A stretch of 64,000 nucleotides of DNA, from assembly GCA_041750285.1 (NCBI GenBank), contig JBGSZS010000018.1, positions 306,329 through 370,328 of the forward strand, in the 5' to 3' direction. Numbering within the stretch: position 1 is the first letter of the stretch; each line of letters opens with the position of its first letter. The notes under the pieces were generated by a model, which worked only from the letters and a program-made list of their open reading frames with translations, was not told where the DNA came from and made no database searches. Origin of the DNA: Candidatus Fermentibacteraceae bacterium. GTDB taxonomy: Bacteria > Fermentibacterota > Fermentibacteria > Fermentibacterales > JCC-6. The position numbers and the translations under genes were made by a program. Of the stretch, positions 45,393-54,372 are shown piece by piece.

Positions 45393-47675
45393 CTACTTCA
45401 GAACCATCACCTGGGTTGAGACGGTTCCCGCCGGGCCTTCAAGCCTGACGAAGTAAACGCCGTTGGCAAAGCCGGATGCGTTCCAGTTCACCGAGTGGGA
45501 ACCGGGGGAGAGCTCGCCGGAGTGGAGAGTGTCAACCTGGCGGCCCGCGACGTCGTAAACGGCGATGCTGGCAACGCCCGCAGAGGGCAGGTTGAAGTTC
45601 ACCACAGCGGTCGTGCTTATCGGGTTGGGGCTTGCGGAAAGAGTGTATGCCGAGGCAGGAATGCCCGAGCTTGTCTCTTCTGAAACGCCAACCCCGCCGA
45701 TGGTGGCGGTAACGGGGTTGTAGTTGTGCATCCTGGCGCCCGTGTAGAGCATTGGTGTGCCGGAGGGAATCGTCACCGTGAAGGAGGCGACGCCCGAGGC
45801 GTTGGTAAGGGCGGTTTCGTGGAAGGTCATTTCGTGGGCCGTTCCGTCGATACCGTCAGAAAGGGAGGCCAGAGCGCCGGCAACGGGCGTGCCGTTGCTT
45901 GTCACGGTAACGGCAATTGTCTGCACGCCGGTGCTGAAGTTGGCGGGGGCGGCGATAGCCAGGGGCTGGGGATTCGCGGCGTCGTTGGTGAAGATCTCCA
46001 TCGCGGGGTCGCCGAACCAGAGGTACATCTTTGCGTTGGTCTCGCCAAGGCTGCCGTGGATGCTGATGGTGACCACTGTGGCGTCGTTGATGGCTTCGGT
46101 GACGTTATAGACGCCTTCGTCGTAAAGCATGATGTAGATCTGCTTCATGTAGTCGTGGTTGGGAATGGTGTAGCTGGGGTCGTTGGCGCCGAGGTTGCCG
46201 CTGGGGCCGCCCACTGCCCACTGGAAGCTCTCGGAGAGGCATTCGCCCTGCTGGTAGCGGCCGCAGAGGCAGGCGATGGTGAACACCGGGGGCATGAAGG
46301 TGTTGGTGAGTGCGTCGATGTTGGTTTTGGTCCAGGTGCCCGGCGCGCTCCAGCTCCAGTTCGTCACATCACCGTGTCCACGGTATCCGACGGTACCGAT
46401 CCCGGTGTTGAACCACTCGGAAACCATTGTGTTGGTGCCGCCCTCGGGTGGGTAGACCTTGAAGAAGGTCATGTCGCACAGGCTGTAGTCGTAGGCCGCA
46501 AGCTCATTGCAGCACTGGGTGTACTTGCCGGGATACTGTTCCTGATGGGCTGCGAGAACCGTGGTGCTTGGGATGATACCGGTGGTAAGCCTGTCGTTGA
46601 AGTTGTACTGCAGATAGCCGTCGATGATCTTGTCGACCTGGTGGCTGATCTGTGCGGATGATCCGGTAAGACGACCGACTGCGACTTCGGGCATGAGGTC
46701 GGTTCCAACGACACATGCGTACCAGTAGTCGCCCACGAAACCGCCGTAGTTGTAGCTGGGCATTTCGGTGTCGGTTCCGGCTATGAGTGCGAACCTGGTG
46801 GTCGCCGAATCGTAGTTGTCGGCGATGGCTGCCTTGAGCTGGGCGGACGTGGGGGCAGTGGCGAAGGTTTCGACAGTGGTTTCGTAGCCGATGGACTGGT
46901 AGAACTGCACCAGGGGAAGAACCGCGTCGTAGTGGTTCTGATAGACAAGGAAGATGTACTCGGCGCCAACGGCGTCGACAGGAGCACCTGCGGCGGCCTT
47001 GAAGTCGGCGAAGTTCACGAGCTGCCTGGAAGCCGAAGAGAGAAGCGCAGGGTTCACGGGGTAGGCAAGAGCCTCGGCGTTCCCGTCGAAGTCAACCCGC
47101 ACGCTGATGGATGTGGCGACCTGAAGCTCGCCGGTGACGGGGTTGTAACGTACGGGATTCAGAAGAAGACGGCCCGTGTTGAAACCGCCCCAGATGCCGT
47201 AGCTTTCGGTCTGAGCCCATGCCGCGGGGAAGAATGCGTCGGTTCCGTAAACCTGCTGGTCGATGCGGAAGCCGTCAGGGGGGGTCGGCATGTCGACAGC
47301 GGGGGTCTGGATGGGAAGAAGGGAGATGCCCTGGTAGGTAACGAAATCAACGTCAGTGACAGTGACAACGGGCTGTGTGCCGAAAGGAAGCGCGAACAGC
47401 CTGGCAACCGACGGAGTCTCAGGGGTACCGATACTGCTCTGGGCCGCAGCCTCGGGAAGCTCAACCCTGTCGTACGTGGAACCACCCGCGGGATACTGGT
47501 TGAGCCAGAAACCCGGAAGGGTGACTTCGGCCAGCATGTGCATGCCGTCGGACTGCTGGACCTGGAAATCAGCGGCTGCGCCGGGATTGCCGCCGAAGCT
47601 CTGCCACTGGGCAAGGCCCGGGTAACCGAACGCTGAAAATGCCATGATCAGCGCGATAAAGAAAACGTTCTTCAA
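45393..47675 (-). CDS. Gingipain-like C25 cysteine peptidase with propeptide and T9SS-like CTD
   Basis: PE.A.GRL, YRGHG, IACLCG, FGDP; SPNP...YDVAGRQV...GVYFVRL. Confidence 0.9.
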   Translation of the reverse strand: MKNVFFIALIMAFSAFGYPGLAQWQSFGGNPGAAADFQVQQSDGMHMLAEVTLPGFWLNQYPAGGSTYDRVELPEAAAQSSIGTPETPSVARLFALPFGTQPVVTVTDVDFVTYQGISLLPIQTPAVDMPTPPDGFRIDQQVYGTDAFFPAAWAQTESYGIWGGFNTGRLLLNPVRYNPVTGELQVATSISVRVDFDGNAEALAYPVNPALLSSASRQLVNFADFKAAAGAPVDAVGAEYIFLVYQNHYDAVLPLVQFYQSIGYETTVETFATAPTSAQLKAAIADNYDSATTRFALIAGTDTEMPSYNYGGFVGDYWYACVVGTDLMPEVAVGRLTGSSAQISHQVDKIIDGYLQYNFNDRLTTGIIPSTTVLAAHQEQYPGKYTQCCNELAAYDYSLCDMTFFKVYPPEGGTNTMVSEWFNTGIGTVGYRGHGDVTNWSWSAPGTWTKTNIDALTNTFMPPVFTIACLCGRYQQGECLSESFQWAVGGPSGNLGANDPSYTIPNHDYMKQIYIMLYDEGVYNVTEAINDATVVTISIHGSLGETNAKMYLWFGDPAMEIFTNDAANPQPLAIAAPANFSTGVQTIAVTVTSNGTPVAGALASLSDGIDGTAHEMTFHETALTNASGVASFTVTIPSGTPMLYTGARMHNYNPVTATIGGVGVSEETSSGIPASAYTLSASPNPISTTAVVNFNLPSAGVASIAVYDVAGRQVDTLHSGELSPGSHSVNWNASGFANGVYFVRLEGPAGTVSTQVMVLK

Positions 47676-47859
47676 GGCAACTCCTCTCAGGAATGGAACA
47701 AAATCCATCTTCTGGAAAACCTGTCGTAGGTTCATGGGCCGCATAACAATTAGCACAATAGTCTGGCCAAGGTTCCCGCTCATGTCAAGTGCCCTTTCAG
47801 CACGATCAGTTGACCTGGCACCAAGGTCTGCCGATATTGAGCCTTCGAAAGGAGAAACA

Positions 47860-48558
47860 ATGCAGAAACTTCTTGTTGCGGTCGTGGCTGTTCTTTCAGC
47901 GGGTATTCTGTTCGCGGGCCCAAGGGTGGGCGCCCGGGCGGGATACTACGGAACCACAAACCCCTTCACCGGCCAGGAAACCGACGGACCTGCGCTGGGC
48001 GGACAGCTTGTCCTTCCCCTCGCCGGTCTCTTCGACCTGGAGTTCAGTGGAACATACGCCTCTTCCAAGGCCGACATCGTGATGTCCGACTACCTGGTCA
48101 ACTATGTGAACGAAACCTACGGCATTGACTTCAGCAACAACCCCGACGGCCTTCGGCAGTACATTGAAAGCCAGTGGGGCTGGTCGGATCCCGGCATACT
48201 CAATCAGACCTACGAGGCAACCTACCACGATGTCGGGCTGGCAAGCGTTCTGAAGCTCGGCGTACCCCTGGGCGCTTCCGTTCTGAAACCCTACGTGGGG
48301 GGCGGCTTCGGCGTGCACTTCACCGCAAGCGATGCCGACGCAATGCTTGCCGCCATCGAAACCCAGACCCAGGGCACGACCACGATCGACCCCTACGACC
48401 ACATTCACCCTTCGCTGCTCGGGGTGGTGGGTATAAGCGTACGACCGCCCATGCTTCCCCTCTCTTTCTTCGGTGAGTACAACTACTCGAAGCCCATGGG
48501 CGACGAAGCCGGCGACCCCATCAACGCATTTGCCGCAGGGGTGAACTTCGGGTTCTAG
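47860..48558 (+). CDS. Outer-membrane beta-barrel protein
   Basis: Signal peptide; PYVGGGFG; C-terminal AGVNFGF. Confidence 0.8.
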   Translation: MQKLLVAVVAVLSAGILFAGPRVGARAGYYGTTNPFTGQETDGPALGGQLVLPLAGLFDLEFSGTYASSKADIVMSDYLVNYVNETYGIDFSNNPDGLRQYIESQWGWSDPGILNQTYEATYHDVGLASVLKLGVPLGASVLKPYVGGGFGVHFTASDADAMLAAIETQTQGTTTIDPYDHIHPSLLGVVGISVRPPMLPLSFFGEYNYSKPMGDEAGDPINAFAAGVNFGF

Positions 48559-48573
48559 TCTTTTGCGGGTTCG

Positions 48574-49371
48574 TCAGGGGGCGTCTTCTTGGCGCCCCTT
48601 TTCGATGCCTTCCCTGAGCGAAATCCAGAGATTTGGGGCGGCTGCGCACACCCCCGCCGAGGAAAGGTCCCAGTCCCCACCTTCGTAGGCGCCAACGATG
48701 CCGCCCGCCTCTCTCACGAGAAGGGCTCCCGCCGCCATGTCCCATGGGCGGAGCGTCTTTTCCCAGTAGGCGCCCAGCCTTCCGCAGGCCGTATAGGCAA
48801 GGTCCAGAGCAGCAGAACCCGATCTTCTTATCCCCCGCGCGAAACCCAGAAAGTGTTTCAGCACCCCAAGGTCCGTGTTTATGCCGCCGGGAGTCCTGTT
48901 GTATGGAAACCCCGTTGCCATGAGGGCGTCCGAGAGACTGGAGACTTCGAGGCAGCGCATCCGGTTCCCGTTCAGAAAGGCTCCCCCACCCCTCGTGGCG
49001 GTGAAGGATTCATTTCGAACAGGGTCGAAAGTGCAGCACAGACGGGGCCCCCATTCATCCACCAAGGCCGCGCTCACGCAGAAGAACGGAAAATCGAAGG
49101 CGAAATTGTTGGTGCCGTCGAGCGGGTCGGCGATCCAGAACGGGGGTTCGGGAAGAGGGCCGGAAAAACCCTCCTCCCCAACGAAGGGCACTCCCGGCAT
49201 CAGCCTCGTTAAAGTTCGGCACAGAAGTTCTTCAGAGGCGGTGTCGGCTTCTGTTAAAAGCTCCATGCCCGCCTTCGATGTCGGGACGACACCCGCGCGC
49301 CTGAAATCCAGCAGAAGTGCACCGGCCTCGGAGCAGGCCATGGCGAGTTGCTTCTGCAGTATTGCATCCAT
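48574..49371 (-). CDS. suhB: Inositol monophosphatase family protein
   Basis: GEE, DPLDGT.NF, GSAALDL, WD.AAG.L.V.EAGG. Confidence 0.9.
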   Translation of the reverse strand: MDAILQKQLAMACSEAGALLLDFRRAGVVPTSKAGMELLTEADTASEELLCRTLTRLMPGVPFVGEEGFSGPLPEPPFWIADPLDGTNNFAFDFPFFCVSAALVDEWGPRLCCTFDPVRNESFTATRGGGAFLNGNRMRCLEVSSLSDALMATGFPYNRTPGGINTDLGVLKHFLGFARGIRRSGSAALDLAYTACGRLGAYWEKTLRPWDMAAGALLVREAGGIVGAYEGGDWDLSSAGVCAAAPNLWISLREGIEKGRQEDAP

Positions 49372-49465
49372 GGAGGAAACATACCGCAGAAAAGCTCAAA
49401 CAGCCCCGTCTTCATATATTCGGTACCGAAGGAAGGAAGCCGGCCGGAACAGGTTGGCCTTGGGA

Positions 49466-50266
49466 ATGAAGGCTCTGAGAAACAAACTTGCCTTGAACCT
49501 GGGAAGGGGTCTGGGAGTTCTTTTCATCGCCATGGGGGTTACCGTTGCGATCCTTTCCCTCGTGGTGATAGAGCCGTTTCACAGAACAATGCGATACATG
49601 GACGAAAGCCTGAACAGCGCCGAGGGTCTGGCCAGGAACGCCAGATCCGGGGTGGAGAATTCGTCCGGGATCATCGGCGGCGCGTCGAGTTCCCTTGTTG
49701 CAACGGCATCCGCCCTTGATCAGCTGGTCAATCTTCTGATACAGACCGGAACCGCCCTCGAGCGGATAAGGTTGGTCATGCCCGATCTGGCGGCTGACCT
49801 GAGAAGCATGTCCCGGCTGGCGGGAGCAATGCTTCCCGGCAACCGTCTGAATGCAACCTCGGATAAACTGGATTCGCTGCACAACACCACCGAAGACCTC
49901 GAAGGGGTTATCGTAGTACTATCCGGCAGGGTGGTCGCCGTGAGGGAAAACCTCGATTCGCTTACGTGCGAGATGGCGGCGCTGGAGGAAGACGCAGCCG
50001 GTCTCGAGGCTTCGCTCAGCAGGGCGAACGAATCACTCTCACGGCTCGCAGGGTCGTTCAGCCCTTCGGGAGTCACTGCGATCTTTCTCTGGGGATCACT
50101 TCTCCTTGGTGCGCTGATGATCCTGACCGGTTCGTTCCTTCTTCTGAAGCTGGAGCAATCCGTCACTTTCGATGAATTGGACATCGTGCATCCAAAAACG
50201 GTGGAACACCTGGACAACGGGCGAGTAACAGAAGGACAGGCGGATTTTGATGAACCCCGTAACTGA
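49466..50266 (+). CDS. Membrane protein with periplasmic coiled coil
   Basis: N- and C-terminal TM helices with heptad-like core. Confidence 0.65.
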   Translation: MKALRNKLALNLGRGLGVLFIAMGVTVAILSLVVIEPFHRTMRYMDESLNSAEGLARNARSGVENSSGIIGGASSSLVATASALDQLVNLLIQTGTALERIRLVMPDLAADLRSMSRLAGAMLPGNRLNATSDKLDSLHNTTEDLEGVIVVLSGRVVAVRENLDSLTCEMAALEEDAAGLEASLSRANESLSRLAGSFSPSGVTAIFLWGSLLLGALMILTGSFLLLKLEQSVTFDELDIVHPKTVEHLDNGRVTEGQADFDEPRN

Positions 50267-50281
50267 AGTATATAGTTGCAT

Positions 50282-50788
50282 ATGATCAGGATCGTTTTCT
50301 CTGTGCTGCTCTTCACGGCGTTGCTCCGGGCAGGCAGTGTGCCGCTTCTTGCGGATACGCTGGAGCTGTCCGTGGGGCAGTACCGATACATCAGCTTCAG
50401 GGTCAACGAAGCCCAGGGCAGGGAAGCCCGGATATCGGGAACCATCAGCATCACCCCGGATACCGCCCGTGTCGAGTACATCCTTCTTACCTCCGACGGT
50501 TTCCGGAGATGGAGTTCAGGCATCGAAACCGACACACTGGCATTCCTGACCACATCATCGGGCCATTTCGAACTGGGAATACCCGACTTCGGAGACCATG
50601 TCCTTCTTGTCAGCAACCGCGGCAACTTCCATCCCGTAAGTGTTTCCATTACTGCCGAACTCAGTTTCCTCGGTGACGGGATCAGATACAACAATCTTCC
50701 CATGGCTTTCCAGCTGATGCTCGTCCTGCTCGCGGGCGGTGTTGTGGTCGCTGCCGCAGCGATTGCGGTTCGAAAGCTGAGGAGGTAG
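50282..50788 (+). CDS. Hypothetical exported, C-terminally anchored protein
   Basis: Signal peptide and C-terminal TM plus RKLRR. Confidence 0.65.
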   Translation: MIRIVFSVLLFTALLRAGSVPLLADTLELSVGQYRYISFRVNEAQGREARISGTISITPDTARVEYILLTSDGFRRWSSGIETDTLAFLTTSSGHFELGIPDFGDHVLLVSNRGNFHPVSVSITAELSFLGDGIRYNNLPMAFQLMLVLLAGGVVVAAAAIAVRKLRR

Positions 50789-50844
50789 ATGAAATTCGGT
50801 TCATCGTTCATTGATGAATCACGATTCTTCGGAAGAGGTACCTG

Positions 50845-51291
50845 ATGCTTATTTCAACGAGAAGCAGATACGGTCTCAGGGCTCTCGTCAGACTTGCCGC
50901 CCTCGAGGGGGAATCACCGGTCTCCCTGGCAAAGATCGCCGAGGATGAGAACATTCCCATCCGATATCTTGAGCAGATATTCATCAAGCTCCGCGACAAG
51001 GGGATAGTGAAGGGACTACGGGGTCCGGGAGGCGGCTACTCACTGGGAATGCCATCAGACTCAATATCAATAATGTCGGTTGTCAGCCTTCTGGAGAACG
51101 ACTTCCTTCCCACGAACTGCGTGCTCCCCGGTTTCGAGGATGAGCAGTGCGAAAGCAAGGACTGCGATCTGACGGAGATCTGCAGGACCAGGCAGCTCTG
51201 GGCAAACCTGAGGGCTCTAACCGTCGATTACCTTAACAGACATACCATAGCCGACCTTCTCTACGGGCGGCTTGAGAAACTGGAGGGATGA
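50845..51291 (+). CDS. Rrf2/IscR-like regulator
   Basis: STRSRYGLRA, YLEQIF, RGPGGGY, Cys-rich loop. Confidence 0.92.
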   Translation: MLISTRSRYGLRALVRLAALEGESPVSLAKIAEDENIPIRYLEQIFIKLRDKGIVKGLRGPGGGYSLGMPSDSISIMSVVSLLENDFLPTNCVLPGFEDEQCESKDCDLTEICRTRQLWANLRALTVDYLNRHTIADLLYGRLEKLEG

Positions 51292-51294
51292 GCC

Positions 51295-51843
51295 GTGTGG
51301 AAGTACTCCGAGGTCCTTATGGACCATTTCATGAATCCCAGGAACGTTGGCACCCTCGAAAACCCTGACGGCCATTCAGAGGTGGGTTCCCCGCAGTGCG
51401 GCGACGCCATGAACCTCGATATCGAGATAGACCAGGATGACCGCGTGAGCGACATCAAATTCCGCACGTTCGGTTGTGCGGGAGCCATAGCGAGCGCTTC
51501 AGCCCTCACGGAACTGGTGAAGGGGCTCCCGCTGGATGAAGCCCTCAAGGTCAAGAACAGCCAGATCGCCGAGTATCTTGGGGGCATGCCGCCCGAGAAG
51601 TACCACTGCTCCGTAATGGGTCAGCAGGCTCTGAAGGCTGCCGTGAAAGATTTCAGGGAGAAGAGCGCTCAGGTCAGGCAGGCCGTGGACGGGATAATCT
51701 CGGGTTTCAAGGGGATCACTGTTATCAAGATCCATCCCCGCTGGATACTCGTCAAAGGAGAAAGCCCCGAATTCGAGCGGATTCAGGATGTCCTCGAAGG
51801 GAAGCTCGGGCGCCGCATCGAGATCAGAAGGACCGCGGAATGA
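51295..51843 (+). CDS. iscU: Fe-S scaffold protein IscU/NifU-N with C-terminal extension
   Basis: DHF.NPRNVG, CGD, FGC, HCS. Confidence 0.9.
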   Translation: MWKYSEVLMDHFMNPRNVGTLENPDGHSEVGSPQCGDAMNLDIEIDQDDRVSDIKFRTFGCAGAIASASALTELVKGLPLDEALKVKNSQIAEYLGGMPPEKYHCSVMGQQALKAAVKDFREKSAQVRQAVDGIISGFKGITVIKIHPRWILVKGESPEFERIQDVLEGKLGRRIEIRRTAE

Positions 51844-52970
51844 AAAGGATCTACCTCGACAACAACGCAACCACAGCCCTTGCGCCTGAAGTTCTCGAGG
51901 AAATGATGCCATTTCTTTCGGCGGAGTACGGGAATCCCTCGAGCTTTCACACCTTCGGGAGCTCGGTTCTTGAAAGGATAGCGAGGGCAAGGGAGCAGGT
52001 GGCATCTCTGATAGGCGCCAACCCCGACGAGATCATATTCACTTCAGGCGGCACCGAGAGCGACAACATGGCTCTTCGCGGATGCTCGGCGCTTCGGGGG
52101 GGGCCAGTAGTAACCACAGCGGTCGAGCACCCCGCCGTCCTCGAAACCGCAATGCATCTGGGGGGACCGGCCCGCATCGTGGGTGTCGACTCATCGGGAA
52201 CGCTTGACATGAAGACCTTCAGGTCTTCCCTCGAAGGCGCGTCGGTCGCAAGCGTGATGTTTGCGAACAATGAAACGGGGACCCTGATGCCCGTGAAAGA
52301 AACAGCTGCCATCTCACACGAGGCTGCTGTTCCCTTTCACACCGACGCGGTTCAGGCCGTCGGCAAGGTTTTCGTGAATGTCGAGGAACTTGGTGTGGAC
52401 ATGCTGAGCCTGTCTGCCCACAAATTCCATGGCCCCAAGGGGGTGGGCGCCCTTTACCTTCGCAGGGGCATGGCCCTTCCTCCCCTCGTGACGGGTGGAC
52501 ATCAGGAAAAGGGAATGAGAGCGGGAACCTACAACGCTGCAGGGATAATCGGGCTTGGAAAGGCTGCCGAACTCGCACAGGCCCACCTTCAGGAAGAGGG
52601 TTTCGTAAAAAATCTTCTCGGCAGGTTCGAGTCGGGGGTGCTTTCAAGATGCCCGGGCGCCATGATAATGGCAAAGGAATCACCAAGACTTCCAAACACG
52701 TCGACGGTGATCTTCAGGGGCATAGAGAGCGAAGCTGTCCTGACCCTGCTTGACATTCAGGGGATCTACGCCTCGTCAGGCTCGGCGTGCAGCACCGGAA
52801 GCAAGGACCCGAGCCATGTCCTGATGGCCATGGGGCTCGACCACAATCTTGCGAACAGTGCGGTCCGTTTCAGTCTGAGCAGGTTCACGACGGCTGAAGA
52901 ACTCGATCATGCCGTGGACGCACTTGCCGGCATCGTGGAAAAACTCAGGGCAATATCACCCTACACCTGA
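51840..52970 (+). CDS. iscS: Cysteine desulfurase (NifS/IscS, group I)
   Basis: YLDNNATT, FTSGGTE, HTDAVQ, SAHK, SSGSAC. Confidence 0.93.
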   Translation: MKRIYLDNNATTALAPEVLEEMMPFLSAEYGNPSSFHTFGSSVLERIARAREQVASLIGANPDEIIFTSGGTESDNMALRGCSALRGGPVVTTAVEHPAVLETAMHLGGPARIVGVDSSGTLDMKTFRSSLEGASVASVMFANNETGTLMPVKETAAISHEAAVPFHTDAVQAVGKVFVNVEELGVDMLSLSAHKFHGPKGVGALYLRRGMALPPLVTGGHQEKGMRAGTYNAAGIIGLGKAAELAQAHLQEEGFVKNLLGRFESGVLSRCPGAMIMAKESPRLPNTSTVIFRGIESEAVLTLLDIQGIYASSGSACSTGSKDPSHVLMAMGLDHNLANSAVRFSLSRFTTAEELDHAVDALAGIVEKLRAISPYT

Positions 52971-52980
52971 GGCTGCCGGC

Positions 52981-53718
52981 TCAAAGACCCGAGAAGGTCC
53001 AGGCCGCCCCCAGCAGAATGCCGAAACCGCCGTGGGTTTCCATGTCGGCCGAGACAGACCCGTCTATGACCAGTTCACTCCAGGGTTCTATGGAAGCCCC
53101 TGCGTTCAGGACAAGCGTTCCCCCGGTGCTGCCGGAAAGGGAGGTGAACACGGCGAGTGCTTCACCCAGAAAACTCATCCCTCCGAACGAAAAGGCGACG
53201 GAATCCCTCCAGCGGGTCCTTGAAGGCTCCTGTCCGCCCATGACCCTGTACTGCCCGGATGCGGAGAACCGGAACAGCCTGAAAGTTGTCGTTGTCACGG
53301 CACCAACGGCGATACCCGCCCCCGGATCGAACGGGGCCTCTCCAGTGGGAAGAAGGACCGAGCCTGTGAACTTCAGAGCCGTTCCACCCCGTGCCGTCTC
53401 GTACAGCATGGCCCCGGAGAGCGCCAGGTCTCCGGTTCTCATCCCATCGTGGTCCTCATCTGGAAAACGGACGGGAATGGCCGCACCCACCTCGTACACA
53501 TCGGACAGCCCGACGCAGATGTTGACCGGCAACTGGCTTGTGCCGCCAATGTCCCCGTGATCCGTATATTCAAACCCGGTCCTGAATCTGAGCTGTCCAT
53601 CGGAGAGAACATCGGAAAGCGGCAATCCCGGAACCCCCGAAAGGGCTCCGGGGCCCAGATTGCCGGGGGTTCCCGCAGTGACCGCGACAAGAACGGGAAC
53701 AAACCATGCTGCTTTCAT
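52981..53718 (-). CDS. Probable outer-membrane beta-barrel protein
   Basis: Signal peptide, amphipathic strands, GD..L / LPTG motifs. Confidence 0.6.
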   Translation of the reverse strand: MKAAWFVPVLVAVTAGTPGNLGPGALSGVPGLPLSDVLSDGQLRFRTGFEYTDHGDIGGTSQLPVNICVGLSDVYEVGAAIPVRFPDEDHDGMRTGDLALSGAMLYETARGGTALKFTGSVLLPTGEAPFDPGAGIAVGAVTTTTFRLFRFSASGQYRVMGGQEPSRTRWRDSVAFSFGGMSFLGEALAVFTSLSGSTGGTLVLNAGASIEPWSELVIDGSVSADMETHGGFGILLGAAWTFSGL

Positions 53719-53779
53719 CGAACCTCCCGCAGGGTTGACAGTGTCCTTCTCAGGCGGAAAGATAGGACCGGAACGGGAA

Positions 53780-54223
53780 ATGATGCAACACGCGGAAAGG
53801 CAGTCAATGAAACCCGGTGAATACCTGTTGGTGCTGCTTCTTCTTGCATGCGCCGGGGGGGTTGTGGTAACAGCGCTCAAGCCAGGTATCGATCCGGCTC
53901 TTGCGAATCTGGAACCAGCAGGGGCAGACAGTGTTGCACATGCTCCCCAGAGCCCGGTCGACCTGCTTTCCGAGGGATGTTCCGTGTTCATCTACGGCAA
54001 CCGGCCCCGGACGTCGTTCGCCGGAGACACGACAGTGCTCACCATGGACCTTGATCTGGCCGCCTTCACGGTCACGCAGGCAAATCTCAGTATAACCAGG
54101 CTGCTCCGCAGGTGCGACATCACCCTGCTGGAAACCAGGCAGAGGCCGGGTGGCGGGCTCACATTCGTTGCAACTCTGCCCGATGGAAAGCCTCTCCGGC
54201 TGGAATTGAAGGCTCCAGACTAG
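53780..54223 (+). CDS. Hypothetical membrane-anchored protein
   Basis: N-terminal TM; start uncertain. Confidence 0.5.
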   Translation: MMQHAERQSMKPGEYLLVLLLLACAGGVVVTALKPGIDPALANLEPAGADSVAHAPQSPVDLLSEGCSVFIYGNRPRTSFAGDTTVLTMDLDLAAFTVTQANLSITRLLRRCDITLLETRQRPGGGLTFVATLPDGKPLRLELKAPD

Positions 54224-54372
54224 GCAGGTGGTCATCGACAAAGCCTTTGCGTATCTTTCGATGATTTCCTGCAGGCCCGGCTCCCGTCCAGGATTGGCGG
54301 GTTCCGTGTGTTGGTGTTCACATCCATTGACCCATAGAAAAACCGAGTTACTCCTTTGAAAGGGATGCATGT

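Noticed and set aside
48875..49465. N-terminal half of 463-aa ORF
   Set aside because: Antisense to suhB; likely start is 49466
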